A stretch of 61,568 nucleotides of DNA, counting the filler, from Sluysia triapertura (lineage: Eukaryota), in the NCBI GenBank assembly GCA_046118255.1. It is 4 parts of 4 records of this genome, joined end to end, with 100 filler letters (N's around TTAATTAATTAA, not from the genome) between each part and the next. Parts side by side here need not be neighbours in the genome. Positions count along the whole stretch, not along the records: positions 28,888 to 44,636 come from JBJNIA010220135.1; positions 44,737 to 61,568 come from JBJNIA010197263.1; 2 more parts are not named here. The stretch is one strand, 5' to 3'. The position numbers were made by a program, and so were the translations under genes. The notes beneath the pieces were generated by a model. It saw only the letters and a program-made list of their open reading frames with translations, did no database searches and was not told the origin of the DNA. How positions within the stretch are numbered: position 1 is the first letter of the stretch; every line of letters starts with the position of its first letter. Positions 38,065 to 52,015 of the stretch are shown piece after piece.

Positions 38065-38679
38065 CTATTAAAGAAGGTGAAATTGATTATTTATTTTTTA
38101 TTTAATTTTTACATTTCATCAAACAATATTACTAATGACTAATAATAAGATGTAGATAAAAATTAGAAGATAAATTGTGGATTATCGAAAAATATATTTT
38201 TTAATTTAATATTTTATAATGGATTTATAATGGATTTACGAATTTTAGTGAGCCAAAACCTCAAACCGTCTTTAAAATCTTGATAATTAATAAAATAGCT
38301 TCGACATGCACATAAATTTAAATAATATTCCATCTTCGAAATTCTTCAAACAAAGGCAACAGGAATTTCCTACAGAAATTTCCAAAAAATATATGCTCTC
38401 AGTCATTAGCACATATCTTCTATTATATCATATATTATCTCAACATTCTTATTTGATTACCTCCCAAGAATTTAGCGGATATCTATTCAAGAAGAAATCC
38501 ATAATCAGAGACACCAATTTCAATGCTTATTTACACAATTAGAACAATTTGAGATTTTATAGTACAAATTCAAAAATTAAATGAATGAAAATTGATAAAA
38601 GCTACATGAATTTGATGTGGAATAAGCAGAAATTTAGTATTAAAAGAAATTGTAATGTAAATTTATTATTATCATTTTT

Positions 38680-38680
38680 T

Positions 38681-38765
<85 letters not shown>

Positions 38766-38769
38766 TATT
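38680..38769. repeat. (ATTT)n followed by (ATT)n compound microsatellite
   Basis: Direct reading. Confidence 0.95.
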
Positions 38770-40857
38770 GGCTTCGAAGCCAAAAAATATTAATATTGGA
38801 CAAGTGCAATGAAATTGGCCGTTTTATTTGGCAAATAAATAATTAGTAGTTGTAGAAGTTTGGATAAAGTTAATTCTGACAAATTTTACAATGCACTTTA
38901 ACACGAGTGTAAAATAAATGTTTACAAAATTAATTTTTATAAGGCTAAAGTGGGCCCTTAACTTAGGCTTGATCTTATTTCCATACTTCGACACTCACGG
39001 GTGTGGATGCTGGTCCACATTTGTCAACTTCATCAATCAACAATTCAGCATAATTTGGATACGATTCAGTAATAATTATGAATATCACGTTTTTATGTTA
39101 AATAAAAGTAAAAATTAAAAAACCTAATTACGGGCCCTAGGCACGTGACTAGATTGCCTAGGCCTTAGTCCACCCCTGTAAAAACTAAAAATAACACAAA
39201 GAATGTAATTATGGAGTTTTATAATGTTTAAGCTTTTGCAGAATTAAATGCTAACGAATTATTTAATCAAAATTATTATGGTCATCCTAATAGTCGTATT
39301 GAATATGATTGTTTTATTCTCTTCCGTAATACCAGTTTTAATAGTTATCCATTGTCTTGTTTCTTGATGAGTTACGAAAGTTAATCAAATATAATAATTG
39401 GCTTGTATAAGTTTGACTTGAAAATTTTTATTTACTTGAGCATCAAGCTTAATTTCTTTGAATGAAAATTATGATTATTTATTAACCATTTAGGACTTAT
39501 TTGATACGCCCTCACTTATCAAAAGAAAAGACCAAACCCATCAGTGATTATCACAATTTAATTGCTAATACCATCACCATCACCACTATAACCAAACATT
39601 CTAATTCTCCATGATAAAGTGAGCACTAATTGTTAAAGGAATTAGTAATTGATTCATTTTATACATAGACTTTGAAAGATTAATTAACTTCATAAATAAA
39701 TTGAAAAATTACAATAATAAATACAAGCACTTCAAACTCGATAATAATATTCATCCGAACAATTAAATTATGTATATTTGTACTTCCTAAATTATTCACT
39801 CTTCACATTTATTAAATTATGAATTGATTTCAAGTTTCAGTTGATTTAATTTTGTTTTAATTCTTAATTTAATTATTTAGCATCACATGTTTATCTTTTA
39901 GTGATTCCAAAAAATTTGTTTTCAATTTAATGAGGGAAACAGTGTGTTGTACAAAATAATGTGAAGTCACATGAAACACACGCATAGGGCCCGACGAATG
40001 AATAGATGAGCTCCGGCCGATAATTTATGTATGCTGACGATATTTTTATAATCGTTTTCTAATCCATGAATTTGCTGTATGGTTTTTATTTTATATATAC
40101 TTTTTGAATGTGCATACTGTTCATTACAAATATAATTTGTTTTTTGGTGCTCTGATGGGGCCGAATTTAACATCTTTCACAGGGTCCATCAGAGGCTAGT
40201 CACGGTACAGTATATATGAAATGAAGTGAATAATATTTGAAAATAAATGATGAATAATCAAATACTGGACGCGAGACTAGAGGTACGGAATAAAAGGTGA
40301 TGTATGAATTCCAAAAAGAAGAGGAAGTAAATATTAATTTTATTGGCAAAAAATGTAAAAAGTAAATAACGACAATATAAAAGATACTCGAAACTAATTG
40401 TTCGTTCATTTATACTCGTTTTCATGGAGAAAAGTTCCTCATTTATTAATCACTCAGTGACTCAGTCAGTAAGAATATTTTCAGGTAGAATAATAAAAGT
40501 AATAGTAGATTTTGAAATCATGATGATATTCTAAAATTGTAAATTTTCAATATTTTTCAGAATAATAATAAAAAAATTCGGAAATCAAAACAATTGTCTT
40601 TAAGATATAACGATTTATTTAAACTGTTTATATTTTAGAAATGGACAACCAGCTACGGATAAGTTCAAATCACTGGAAGATTATGAAATATTTAAAAAAG
40701 ACAATGTTCTTTCTATTTCAAAAAGTATTATAATGAATCTAGGAGTTTTTATTTTATAATAATTATTAGAGCCATAAATTAACATTATTATTTAAACATA
40801 CAAAATTGTATTTTTGAAAAATAGATTATAATAATGATAATAATGATAATAATATAA

Positions 40858-40958
40858 TAATTCATATTGCGCTCATATATACTGCGTAAGTACTCAACAG
40901 CGCTCAAGGTAAATCATTCACTATAATATTTCTGAAACTTTGCTTTTTTCTTAAATAT
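40858..40958 (-). repeat. Repeat family B copy, 3' tip, inverted
   Basis: atattgcgctcatat...gtactcaacagcgctcaaggtaaatcattcactataatatttctgaaac is the reverse complement of the family B tail. Confidence 0.6.
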
Positions 40959-40960
40959 TG

Positions 40961-41330
40961 TAGGGTAAGTTTGCTCAAGTCGTACCCCTTAAGAAAAGAA
41001 CTCTATAAAACTTAGGATTTATCAAATAAATAGAAATTAAATATGTTACTCAACACTTTGTTAATATTGGTATTATGTATTATAACTAAATTAGAAAAAT
41101 CTATATGAAACTAATGAAACTAATTCTTTAAAAACTTACTTCAGCACAACTAGTTTCTTAAGTCGTACTACCTTTCTGAGCAATTATTTTGGATAGTTTG
41201 TGAACAGTGGACAATCCTGTTTCATCAACATTATATATCTGGTTAGCGGTAAAGTTGTATTCATTTAATATAGATTCGCATTTATAAAGAATCCATAAAC
41301 ACTTTCTTTATTGAAAGCCTTTTGGTGGGT
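40961..41330 (-). mobile_element. pogo/Tigger-like transposase remnant
   Basis: Minus strand FNKESV...YNFTANQIYNVDETGLSTVHKLSKIIAQKG (the IYNxDETG motif). Confidence 0.75.
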
Positions 41331-41849
41331 TTTGGACTTTGTATGATGAATGCAGATTTAAAAGATTCTTGTGTTCATATGAAAAGGAAAACCTCAAAGT
41401 CTTAAATATTGTCTTTTGATATCGCGATAGTATTAATTTAAAATTATAGTGCCCGAGTGGTAATACTTTGTCATCTTTCATTAAATTACGATGCCTAAAC
41501 TTAACAAGTTTGTTATTACGGGTAGCATAACCTATTAATTTACTTTTTATTTCGTTTAACTCAATTTTTAAGTTGTTATACGAATCACTATTAATTAAAT
41601 ATTCATAAAATACACAAAAACTATTATTTATTGGATTGTAGTATATTATAAAAATATGGTTGATAAATATAAGATATATCTAATAGTTTATTCACTTTTA
41701 TATCAGTAAAGATATTACTATCAGTATTGGTTATTAATAAATCTATTACACTTTCACATTTATGTGTTTTAAATTTCACGCGGTTCGTTAAATTGAATAT
41801 ATTTAGTAACTGGATGAATTTTTACATTCTTCATTAATTTTTATATTAA

Positions 41850-42085
41850 AATCTTCTGTTATTTAAACTTCCTTGGCTTTTTCCAAAATAATATCTAAAT
41901 AATCGTAGAATTCGTCTAAAAAATTTTTAATTGAATTAATTGGTTGTCTGTATATAGCAATTAATAATATTGTTTTATTTGTCTCAGTAATATTTAATTC
42001 TATATGTTCATATGATTAATATTTAACTGAAACAATGTCAATTAATATGGCACTTATTCTATTATTTATTATAACACCAATGAAT
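41850..42085 (-). mobile_element. LINE AP-endonuclease remnant
   Basis: Minus strand EHIELNITETNKTILLIAIYRQPINSIKNFLDEF (IYRxP motif). Confidence 0.55.
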
Positions 42086-43599
42086 AATATTTCAAGTAGT
42101 AAAAAAGTAATGTACTTAAAAATACAGTATTTAAAAATTTAGGCAAAATAATATTAATATAATAATTTGTAAAAATGTTTTAAAATCGATTAAAATATTT
42201 ATTTTGACAATGGTAATATTTTATTATGGAAATTTTTCATGGAACAATTTACTTTTAATGATTTTAATTTCACTTATTGCGTCCTTAATATTACAAGCTC
42301 TAATAACAATGTTCAAGATATATTTTAGTCGTCAATAATTACAGAAAGTCCAAATTATATCAGTAAATTTGTAAAAATCAAAAATGAACGTTTATTTTGA
42401 AACTTATGGAAGAGATTTATATCTAAAATAAATTTCTAACAAATCTCATTTTTTAAAAAGTAACATTATACAAGCCAATAAAAAATTAATATATTGAAAT
42501 TAGTTACTGAATTCATCAATGAACTTTTGATTAATTAGTGTTGGTTAAGTAATCCGTGTGTCATTTTTGTAAAATACAAAAATATTTGATTTAATGATGA
42601 AAATGGTAGAATTATATGAACTATTTAATTTGAAGCCTATCCTTTCATTACAAAATTCCACATACAAACACTACCTAAGCCATGCGATTTAAACTATTTA
42701 CAACTATAAATATTACAGGCTTACAACTATTATTCTGAACCTTTTATGTATTTTGTCACATTTAATGTCATTTACCTATTTAAATTCACCTAATCTAAAA
42801 CCATTGCATGTGAGATAATATCGTCTTTCTAATACTTCTATTAAACATAATTCAATTGATACCTTCGAAAAACCATATGAATAGGTTATTTATAACCTTA
42901 TTCATTCATGCATAGTCTAATTATAAACAACAGTACTCTACAATAACATCAAATAAAACGTTTGAAGATTTTAATATTTAAAAATTTGGATAATACATGA
43001 AAAAGTTCTGAAAATAATAATTTGAATGTCCGAATTATGTTTGTTGCTTGATTATGCTCGAAAGTTTGAAAAATGAAAATAAAATCATTCTAAATTAAAA
43101 TTTGTAGAAATAGTATGAAATCTAAATCTATAAAAATTAAATATTATGATTGATTATGCAATAAAATCATTTTAAGTTGACATTGTAAATGTTAAGAGGG
43201 CGAAGTGAAATTTTAACTTAACTATAACTGCAGTGCAAATTTCCATCTTTTGTATCTGTTAAATCATATGTCCTACCTAGATCTACTACTCTTACAATGT
43301 TACTTTTATGTTTGTCTTTGCCTAACTTATAGCTGTAGGCTCTTAGTCATCTTGTTAGTTTGTTTATCAAAATTTTATTATTTGTTAATTAATAATAATT
43401 AGCCACTTTTTAATTTCATTTAGAGAACTTTTTGTAAATTTTAATGCCAGCTTAATGCTGTGCAAACTATTAATTAATATAATTTTTAAAAAAATAATTA
43501 AATAATGATGACATATTAAAACAATCTCGTAAAACGTTACACAAAAAATCAATTAATAATTTAACAACAGTTCGAATAAATTTGTTTCGACGTTTACGA

Positions 43600-44420
43600 A
43601 AGATCATTTAAAATCGCCAAGGATATTACGGAATATAATCACAAAAAATAAACATAAATATAAACATAGTAATTTCATACTATTGATGTGCTTGCTAAAA
43701 CCATTTAAAATATCCCGAACTATCAAAAATGAATCGTAATCCATTACTTTAAAGTTTCGAACAACGACATGAGTATGACATTCTACAAAATTTTATTACA
43801 CATTGAGAATTGTGCAACTGAATAATTTAAATACGAGTAAACAACATAATCTTTATAATCGTTTAGTAAATCGGAAATGAAATAACCCAAACTATTTTTT
43901 GAAAAATGAAAATTTATATAAGGAGTTAAAATATTCATTGGATTCAATTCGTAAAAATCATCTTCAGATTCGTAAGTCTTTTTAAGTTCCGTAATTTTCA
44001 TATCACGATACCAACGATCGCATATGTAAAATAATATTATTTGAAAGATTGTATTTATAATAGTGCATTTGTCAACATTAAATAGTTCATTCAACTCAAC
44101 GTCGTCCACATTAACATCTCTAATACGTGATGCAAATATAAATAAAAACAAACTATCCGCTTTTTGCATAGTTAATATCACCTAAGATCATATCAAGGTT
44201 AAGTGTTCGTTCATCTAAAAAATTTGATAACATTTTATTAAACCGCTTACTTAAAAAATGGGTCTTTTTTCTTCATATGAATCAACAGGACTGTACGGAT
44301 GTACTAGTAAATATTGACGGCAGAAATCATCATTTCCAGGTGTATGATTTACAAATTGTGAATGATCCGGTCTTCCTGATTTTTCATGAATCATGAATTT
44401 GAAATGATTTCGTTGTCATT
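43600..44420 (-). pseudogene. Disrupted ORF of unknown origin
   Basis: A 132-aa open frame at 43783..44181 and an upstream coding-like frame (KFMIHEKSGRPDHSQFVNHTPGNDDFCRQYLLVHPYSP) are separated by stops. No family recognised. Confidence 0.3.
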
Positions 44421-44636
44421 TGCTTTCTATTTTCAACTTAAACAGTTAAAAATAATAATTTTACTAATTTAACGATAATTACTTGCAGTAATAACTGCTT
44501 TGATTTTTAGCATACCGATAAAATCAATCCTATTCAATGTGAACCCTGCTTAATATTGTTGTGTCTTTTAATATTTTTAATCTTCCCAAATTATTAAATC
44601 AAAAATCAATAATTGAATAAACTCAAAACCTCAGTA

Positions 44637-44736
44637 NNNNNNNNNNNNNNNNNNNNNNNNNNNNNNNNNNNNNNNNNNNNTTAATTAATTAANNNNNNNN
44701 NNNNNNNNNNNNNNNNNNNNNNNNNNNNNNNNNNNN
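44637..44736. other. Assembly gap: N44-TTAATTAATTAA-N44
   Basis: Identical 100-bp structure at all three gaps. Confidence 0.97.
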
Positions 44737-45019
44737 TTTGATTCTTAATTTTGTAAAATCTGAACTAATATCTAGTTTTATAAAATAAAAAATTGTTTCA
44801 TTTGTAAAAAAACAAAAATATTTATTCTAATTAGATGAAATATACAAATGAATAGCTAAAAATATTTTCTCGGGGGTATATATTTTTATACTACTATTTT
44901 CCCTATAAGCAACTTTTCTATATAAGAAACTGTTTTTTAAAAAATTGGTTCACAGGAGTTGCTTATATAGTGCGTTCACTGTATTGTTTACAATGCTAAC
45001 AAGGGACTTCTAAGGTAAA

Positions 45020-45830
45020 CCCAGGAATTTTAATGATACTATAGGCACGCTGATTTTGAATATGCCATCCGAACTACTTTCGTATTATAGCTCCCAAAAG
45101 TTTGATATTTGAACGCAATTATCTCATGACCAATTAGAATTTTTCGATTCTGATTTCAATTTGAAATTAAATCTCACAAGAACGGGACTGACGTTTTACA
45201 AATTATTTATTTTGATATAACATAATATAATCTCCAATATAATGAAAAAATGTGAACTGCCTGATTACCATTAGAACTCCTAATATGCATAACAAGGAAT
45301 GATTAACCTATTGTCATGAAAAACTTTATTTCAAATAAATGAACAATAATTATAACGATAAAGGTGATTCAGTTTATATTTTAAGGAAAGGAATTAAACA
45401 ATGTCAGTAGTAATGTTCGGAAAAAAATGATCAAAGACACAACATCAATAAAATATGCACAGCGAGTAAAGGAAATACCTCAGACGCCTTAATTGTTGAT
45501 AATATAAAGATGATGAAAATTGATAGATATTTGCACACAAAAAGAGAGATCAGGTTCAATGGCATGTTTTTAATCATTTTATTGTTTATTAGTAACCATA
45601 AAGGCAATAGTGCAATATACATTGTGCCGTTATTTTGGATAAATATATTATGTTGTGAGATAACATTTTACAGAATATAAAGCTAAATTCAAATCGGAAA
45701 TCAGAATTGATAAAATCTAAATGGTTTGCGATATAATTGCATTCAAACTTTGAGGCTATAATATGAGAACAGATGACACATTCGGAATCGGCATATCTAA
45801 ATCTATAGTGTGCATAGTTTTATTAAAATC
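45020..45830. mobile_element. MITE-like element with long imperfect inverted arms
   Basis: About 45020-45165 is an imperfect reverse complement of about 45685-45830 (for example atatgccatccgaa/ttcggaatcggcatat and attctgatttc/gaaatcagaat). Confidence 0.55.
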
Positions 45831-46617
45831 TATCGGACATATGCCTTTCAAGGTTAAACATGGAGAATCTAAGATAAAATTAAATAAAGTAATAAAGCCT
45901 TCGTTAAATATATTTGCTAAGAAAAGAATTTGCTGAATTATAAGTTACTTAAATGAAAAAACTTATGCCACTCCAGAGCATAAAGCACATACTGTAAGCG
46001 TACCCAACTCAGATATAAATTATCATTTCTCAAGTTAATTTTACTTATTTAAACTTTCCAATTTTACTTCCAGTTCTTTAACAAGCTCATTTAGCTGTTT
46101 TCTTTAGCTGATTTTGTTATTAATGTTAATCCGTTTTTAGTTAGATCCTTAAGTTTGACGTTCGTAATTTCATTAACATTTTAGTGCATAAATATTGTGG
46201 TACATATAAGAAGTTTTTATAAAAAATGATAGATTTTTATAAAAGTTTTATGATTTTTGATATTAAAATGTTTAATGATTTGGAATTAAGGTTTGAAGTT
46301 TGTTTTGTTATTTCATGCTTTTCACTAAAATTATATGTACATAACTGGACCACCACATTAGTCCCCATATATATACTTCAGAGTCAATATTATTAAATAC
46401 AGTAATAAATATTATTTAATTGTACATATATATAAACGAAAATCACAATTTATTTTCAATCTGCATAATTCATTGACTTGAATTAATATGCTGTGATTAT
46501 AAACAAAATAGTAAATGATTGTGCCGATAAAACTTAACAAAAGTTAATTATAATATGATTTCATTAGTTATGTTCAAGTAAACATGAAAAATAATAAAAA
46601 TTTGGAATATATGATCA

Positions 46618-46672
46618 TTAAACGTCAGGAATTTGATGATCCATACTTTTCTTCATCAATGAACCGCTCAAC
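46618..46672 (-). CDS. SDCBP: Syntenin last coding exon
   Basis: taattcag|(K)LSGSLMKKSMDHQIPDV*, compare the syntenin C-terminus MDHTIPEV. Phase 2 matches the previous exon. Confidence 0.9.
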
Positions 46673-47529
46673 CTGAATTATAAAATAAAATTATTACAGC
46701 ATTATTATTAAATCATGATTCAAAATTTACAATTAATTTTATATAATTTCTAAACATTTATTTTCAATATAATTAACTATTGACATTAATTGAAATATAC
46801 AGCTACGATAAATCGATTATTCGTGTCATGGTTGAACGGCGTTTCTGGTTTTGATAAGGTTGTAACAAACATTTGTTTGATAATTAATTTCTTTTGTTGC
46901 ATTATTTAGAAATATAATGGAGAATCTATAAGATAATTACTTTTACATTTAGATTTTGTTGATCTATGCAAAATATAAATAATGATTATAACAGCTACTT
47001 AAACAAGTAGTCTTTGATAAAATTTTTCAAAGCTACTTCGGCACTTAATCTGCAAACAATAAACAAAAACCTTATTTATTCTTAGATTACAAATTTGTTA
47101 ATTCATTGAGTATTAGTGTCCCTTCAACTTAGTTCAATATGTAACAAAAATTATCTTGAAATTCTCATCATACGAAAATTAAATTTTACAAAATGTAGCA
47201 AGAATATCCTGATCAGTCCATTAATATTATTGAGATTCATGAATTTCTTCCACATCCAACCTAAGTGTTTAGCTGTAAAATGTCTGAATTATATAACGAA
47301 TATAAACGATGCAGAAAACAATTTCTTATTACATGAAATCATAGCTGGTTTTATGTATTTTCCATCAAAACACCGAGTATCATTTTCTTTTGCAGAAATT
47401 TCTAATAGACTTCAATGTCATAATTCAAAAGTTTCATATTTTTAATTAAAATTTTCAGACACTAACACATTATTTGCGGGAAACGAGTTATCACGTTCTG
47501 CACATAATAATAAATATTAAATATATGTA

Positions 47530-47787
47530 CCGTATTTTCTTGCCTATAGCCCACAGGTTATTTTATTGATCCTAAAGAAATAGTAATTTTCCAATGAATC
47601 TAATCTTGTCTAAAAACCAAAAATATAATTTAAAGAGAAACCTGTAATTGTAATTAAATTTATATTTATCTGGTGATAACAACGATTTTTTTGTTCAAAA
47701 AACATTATACCATATATATATTTATTTATGTTTACTTATTATGTTTGCGGGTTATATATTAAGTGCGGATTATACACAAAAATACGG
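47530..47787. mobile_element. Tc2/pogo-type MITE
   Basis: Termini TA-CCGTATTTT ... AAAATACGG with subterminal gcgg.ttata repeats. Confidence 0.6.
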
Positions 47788-48483
47788 CAATTATAATAAA
47801 TAAATTATGGAATAAAAAACTGAAAGATTAATTTTTTGCGCAAATGTCCAAAAATCGACCGATTTTCAGCTTGGATTGGGATAAAATAGCCGCATAGAAT
47901 GTGTTAACTTATGTTTTTCTTATATACTCATCTAAAATGAATTGCCGACTGAAAATAATAAAATTAAAATATTATAAAATATATCAGTTTTGTAAAAACA
48001 TCATTACCGAAAGACAATTTTTGATAGCAAAATTTCCTGGAGCATTAATAACCGTGATGCATTAATTTTGTATGGTGAAAATTCATTTTTAATTATTAAA
48101 TATTTAAAAAATATATTGTATTAAAACAAAAATAGTATGCACATCCATTAAAAACCAGATGTTGCGTAAGAAACCAATCTTAATTAAATCAATATTTGCA
48201 CTAGTAAATGGTTGTGAATTTTTAAACTAGATCGAGTATTAATTACTTGATTTATAAAGTAATATGAAGAAAACAGTAATATGTTAATTAATTTTCTTAA
48301 AAACATGTTTTACTTTGATTAATCTAACTAGAATTTTTTGTGTACCAATTTATATATGAATTAATATTATGAACAAAAAATATGCATAAACTGTATTGTA
48401 AGAATTAGTCTTAAAAATTAAGTTCAGTACAATTATTTGTCATAATTGTTGCTATAATACTGAAATATTAAAATATTATTTAC

Positions 48484-48750
48484 TTTTTAATCATATGATC
48501 ATAAACAAATTCAGGCATAATTGTTACAGTAACAGTACGACTTGGGGATCTGTCAATAATTTGTTGTATATCTTTATCTTTTAGTCCAACAACATTTTGG
48601 CCATTAATTTCAATAAGCATATGATCAATTAATAAACCATTCCGGGCTGCTGAACTATCTTTGACAAGATGAGTAATTTTACCATTTCGAAATATAAATC
48701 CGATGTAACCAGAACTGTCTTTATTCATTGTCACTGTACGTTCAAATGGT
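48484..48750 (-). CDS. SDCBP: Syntenin PDZ2 exon
   Basis: [53 protein letters not shown]; ttttag| and |gtaaat splice sites. Confidence 0.95.
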
Positions 48751-51149
48751 CTAAAATATAATAATAATAATAATAATAGTATAAATATAATAATTGCAGA
48801 AATAGTAATTATGATAATAAGAACATAAGAAAACATTAATATAGGCGTGGCCTATATATGAAAAAGTATGTTTCAAAATCGTTAAATCAAGCCTATATTA
48901 AATAAAAAGTACTATTTTTAAGGCTTAACGCCTATAAACAAATTCAATATTTTATGTCGTCCGGATTTAGTTCGAAATAATATAAATATAAAAATAACAA
49001 TTGTTGCAAGTCACAAGTAAACACTCAATTAAGAAATTGGAAAATAACAAGACTAAATCATCCAAACTTTAATGGAATCACATTTATTAACGAAATATTC
49101 TGTTCGTAATTTAATAGTCATACAAGTCGAGAAACGTTAAAGTATAGGAAGATAAATTTGGAGTTATTAAAGAAAAACTCTGCTCATCATTCATCGTTCA
49201 TTTATCCACACATGATATTCAAAGAAAACAGTACTCGCGAGTATCAAAAATTTTATTGTTGAATTCATGAGTTTACCAATTTAAAAAATATAAATGAATA
49301 TAAAATAATTGTTCGAACGTTAGAAGCAGTTATATCCTTGAATATCGAGCATCAGACATCTCTATTTTTGCCTTTTTTTGGTCATTTTAAATAAAATTAC
49401 TTAAATGATTGACTTTTAGAAAAAAATAGTTCGACAGTGAAAAAGTTAAGCGAATAACACAGAAAGCGTATGTGTAAGAAATAAACAAAACATGAGTTTT
49501 TTTATTAAAACCTTCATTCTTCAGTGTGCATCAAATACCTAATGTTACACTATAGTATATTTTGCAAATTTATTGAGCATATTTCGAAGATCTGTATATA
49601 GATCAGTAGACAAAAAATTACACATTTATTATGTGAATTATTCATAGTGCAATTTCAGGTATTTTAATATTTTATGCTTCATTTCACATTAATATGTTTC
49701 ATGTCAGTATCTAAAAAAGAAATTGTTACGCATGCTTTTGCATACAAAATCTGTATAATTTAACAAAATTAGAAACAAAACTAAAGTAAATTAGGCAATT
49801 GAAAGAAGAATATTAAATAACGAAAAAAAATACAACGAACTCTACATTATTTCAGTTGGTATTTTAAAATCCAGAAAAACTGTGGAAATAAATAGTCATC
49901 CAAGTATTATAAAAAAGCCACAATAATGTAAATGTAAAATTTACAAATAGGCTTCTTTAACTGCTTGCGAGACTAATAAAACAGAAAGAAACTTACAAAA
50001 AATGTCTAATTTTTTTTACATATTTTAGTTTATCAACTTATAATTGGTTAATAGAAACAATTTTTTTGATAAAAACTTGACATGACATGAGACACGTGTC
50101 GTGATAATTATTATTAATCAACATGGGAAGCCGGTGAACCTAACAAGGTAGTCATTGTAGTTGAACAGCGACAGAATGTGAATGTATCTGGATCGTCACG
50201 GAAAGGGTTAAATCTATTCTACATTAATTATAGTAATTTTGGTTAATTACTATAATTAATTACTAAGTTAATTATACAGTAGTAATTTTTGTTGTAATTC
50301 AGTCAATCTTACCAGTTTAATCTTAATCTTCATAATCTTAATAAATCTTACTCTTTAATTTCATAATGTGTTAATTCTAATCAGTTCTTATTTCGTCTCT
50401 GGTGACAGGGATGGAGATGCGTACTCAATCTAAATTATAATCCCTAAACCTTTACATATTCCTTATTTAAATGTTACCAAACAAAAGAGGAATAATATAT
50501 AAATATAAAAAATAAAATATAACAATTTAATGAAATATCGACTTACTTAAAATTAATTTAAATGTAATTAATAAAAATAAATTAATATTACAAATTCAGG
50601 CTGAAATTAAATTTTAAAAATTTATTTTACATTACAGTCGGATTTGTCAAATTTCTAAGTAACAGTCTTTATTAATGCTGTCAAACCGATCAGACGTAAT
50701 GGTTAATATATGATAACATATGTATTTATTAAGATTCTCCAACGAATAGTCGCTGTTCCCAATTTCTATATAAACAATAACTCGCGTAATTGTTATTGAT
50801 TTTATAGTCGAAAGCTTTATGGTCGCATACATACCTTGTTATTTCTGCCACCATTTATAGAAATTCATAATTACATTCAAATTGATTTTAATATATATAA
50901 AGTTGATATTGAGCCACAAACCCAAGCTCATGTATCGTTTTGAATGGTAACTTGTAAGATATTATTCCAAGCTCGTTTCCAAATCATCAATAGAATTTAT
51001 GTCGCGTCAACAATTCTGAAGCTCTGTTAATAACAAGCTCCAAACGCAGTAATTCATGAAATTTGAATGTATGATTTTAATATCATAAAATGCGTGCTTA
51101 CTCATTTCTATTTTGATTTCACACTTTCAAAGGCAAGTGATTATTCTTA

Positions 51150-52015
51150 TCGAAAATGAAAATCCGACTTGGGGACTGACAAAATGTCTACCAACTTTTT
51201 TTTCAACGATTAAAAGGCATCAGTTTGAAACGAGAAGGTCCTGAAACAGCTGTTACAAGCTAAAAATCAGGTCCAAAGAAACCAATTTCGTACAAGGCAC
51301 GGGCCACATTGAAAGATTTGGCTCTTTCACCTCTGTGACACGGTGCAATGAACAGACGTCATTTCAGTCAACGAGAAATCGCTCGGCATCTCAATATATC
51401 GAAAACATCAGTGTTTGAAATTCTCAAAGTGAACTTAAATGCTATCGTCGAATAAAATATAACCTCCTCAGTGAGTGACATCAGGAAATGCGCAAAAACA
51501 AGTCGCTTGTGCTGATCAATTGCTTTGAACCAGAGTGTGCTTGGAAAAGAGTATGGTTTTCGGACGAAGCAAGGTTTTCATTGCAACCGCCTTTGAATAC
51601 ACAAAATGATCGCATTTACCGAAAAGTGCGTGTAAAACCTGACATACCCAACATACCTGAGGAAGACAATTTGCAACCACCTGTTCTTTGTTATGCTGCA
51701 ATTTCATGGTAAGGCAAAACGGAGCTTCGGATATTATCAGAGTCCTGAAGAAAAAATAAACCAACGAGTTCATTTTCTTTAGCAATCTACTCCTGATTTC
51801 GTTGAACAGAAAAATTGGCCTCAAAAATTCCAGACTTAAATGTCACGGAGCTTCAGAATTGTCGACATGTCATAAATTCTATTGATTTCAAAACGAGCTT
51901 CGGAAGAGCTTGGAACGATATCTCACAAGTTACCCTTCAAAACGATACACGAGCTTGGATTTCTAGGTTAAGACGCTGCTCTGAAGTGGACGGACATCTT
52001 TGTAAAAATAAGTAG
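51150..52015 (+). mobile_element. Decayed Tc1/mariner transposase in syntenin intron
   Basis: SQREIARHLNISKTSVFEILK; RVWFSDEARFSLQPPLNTQNDRIY; WP..PDLNV; AWNDISQ..RLRRC...GH. Confidence 0.8.
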
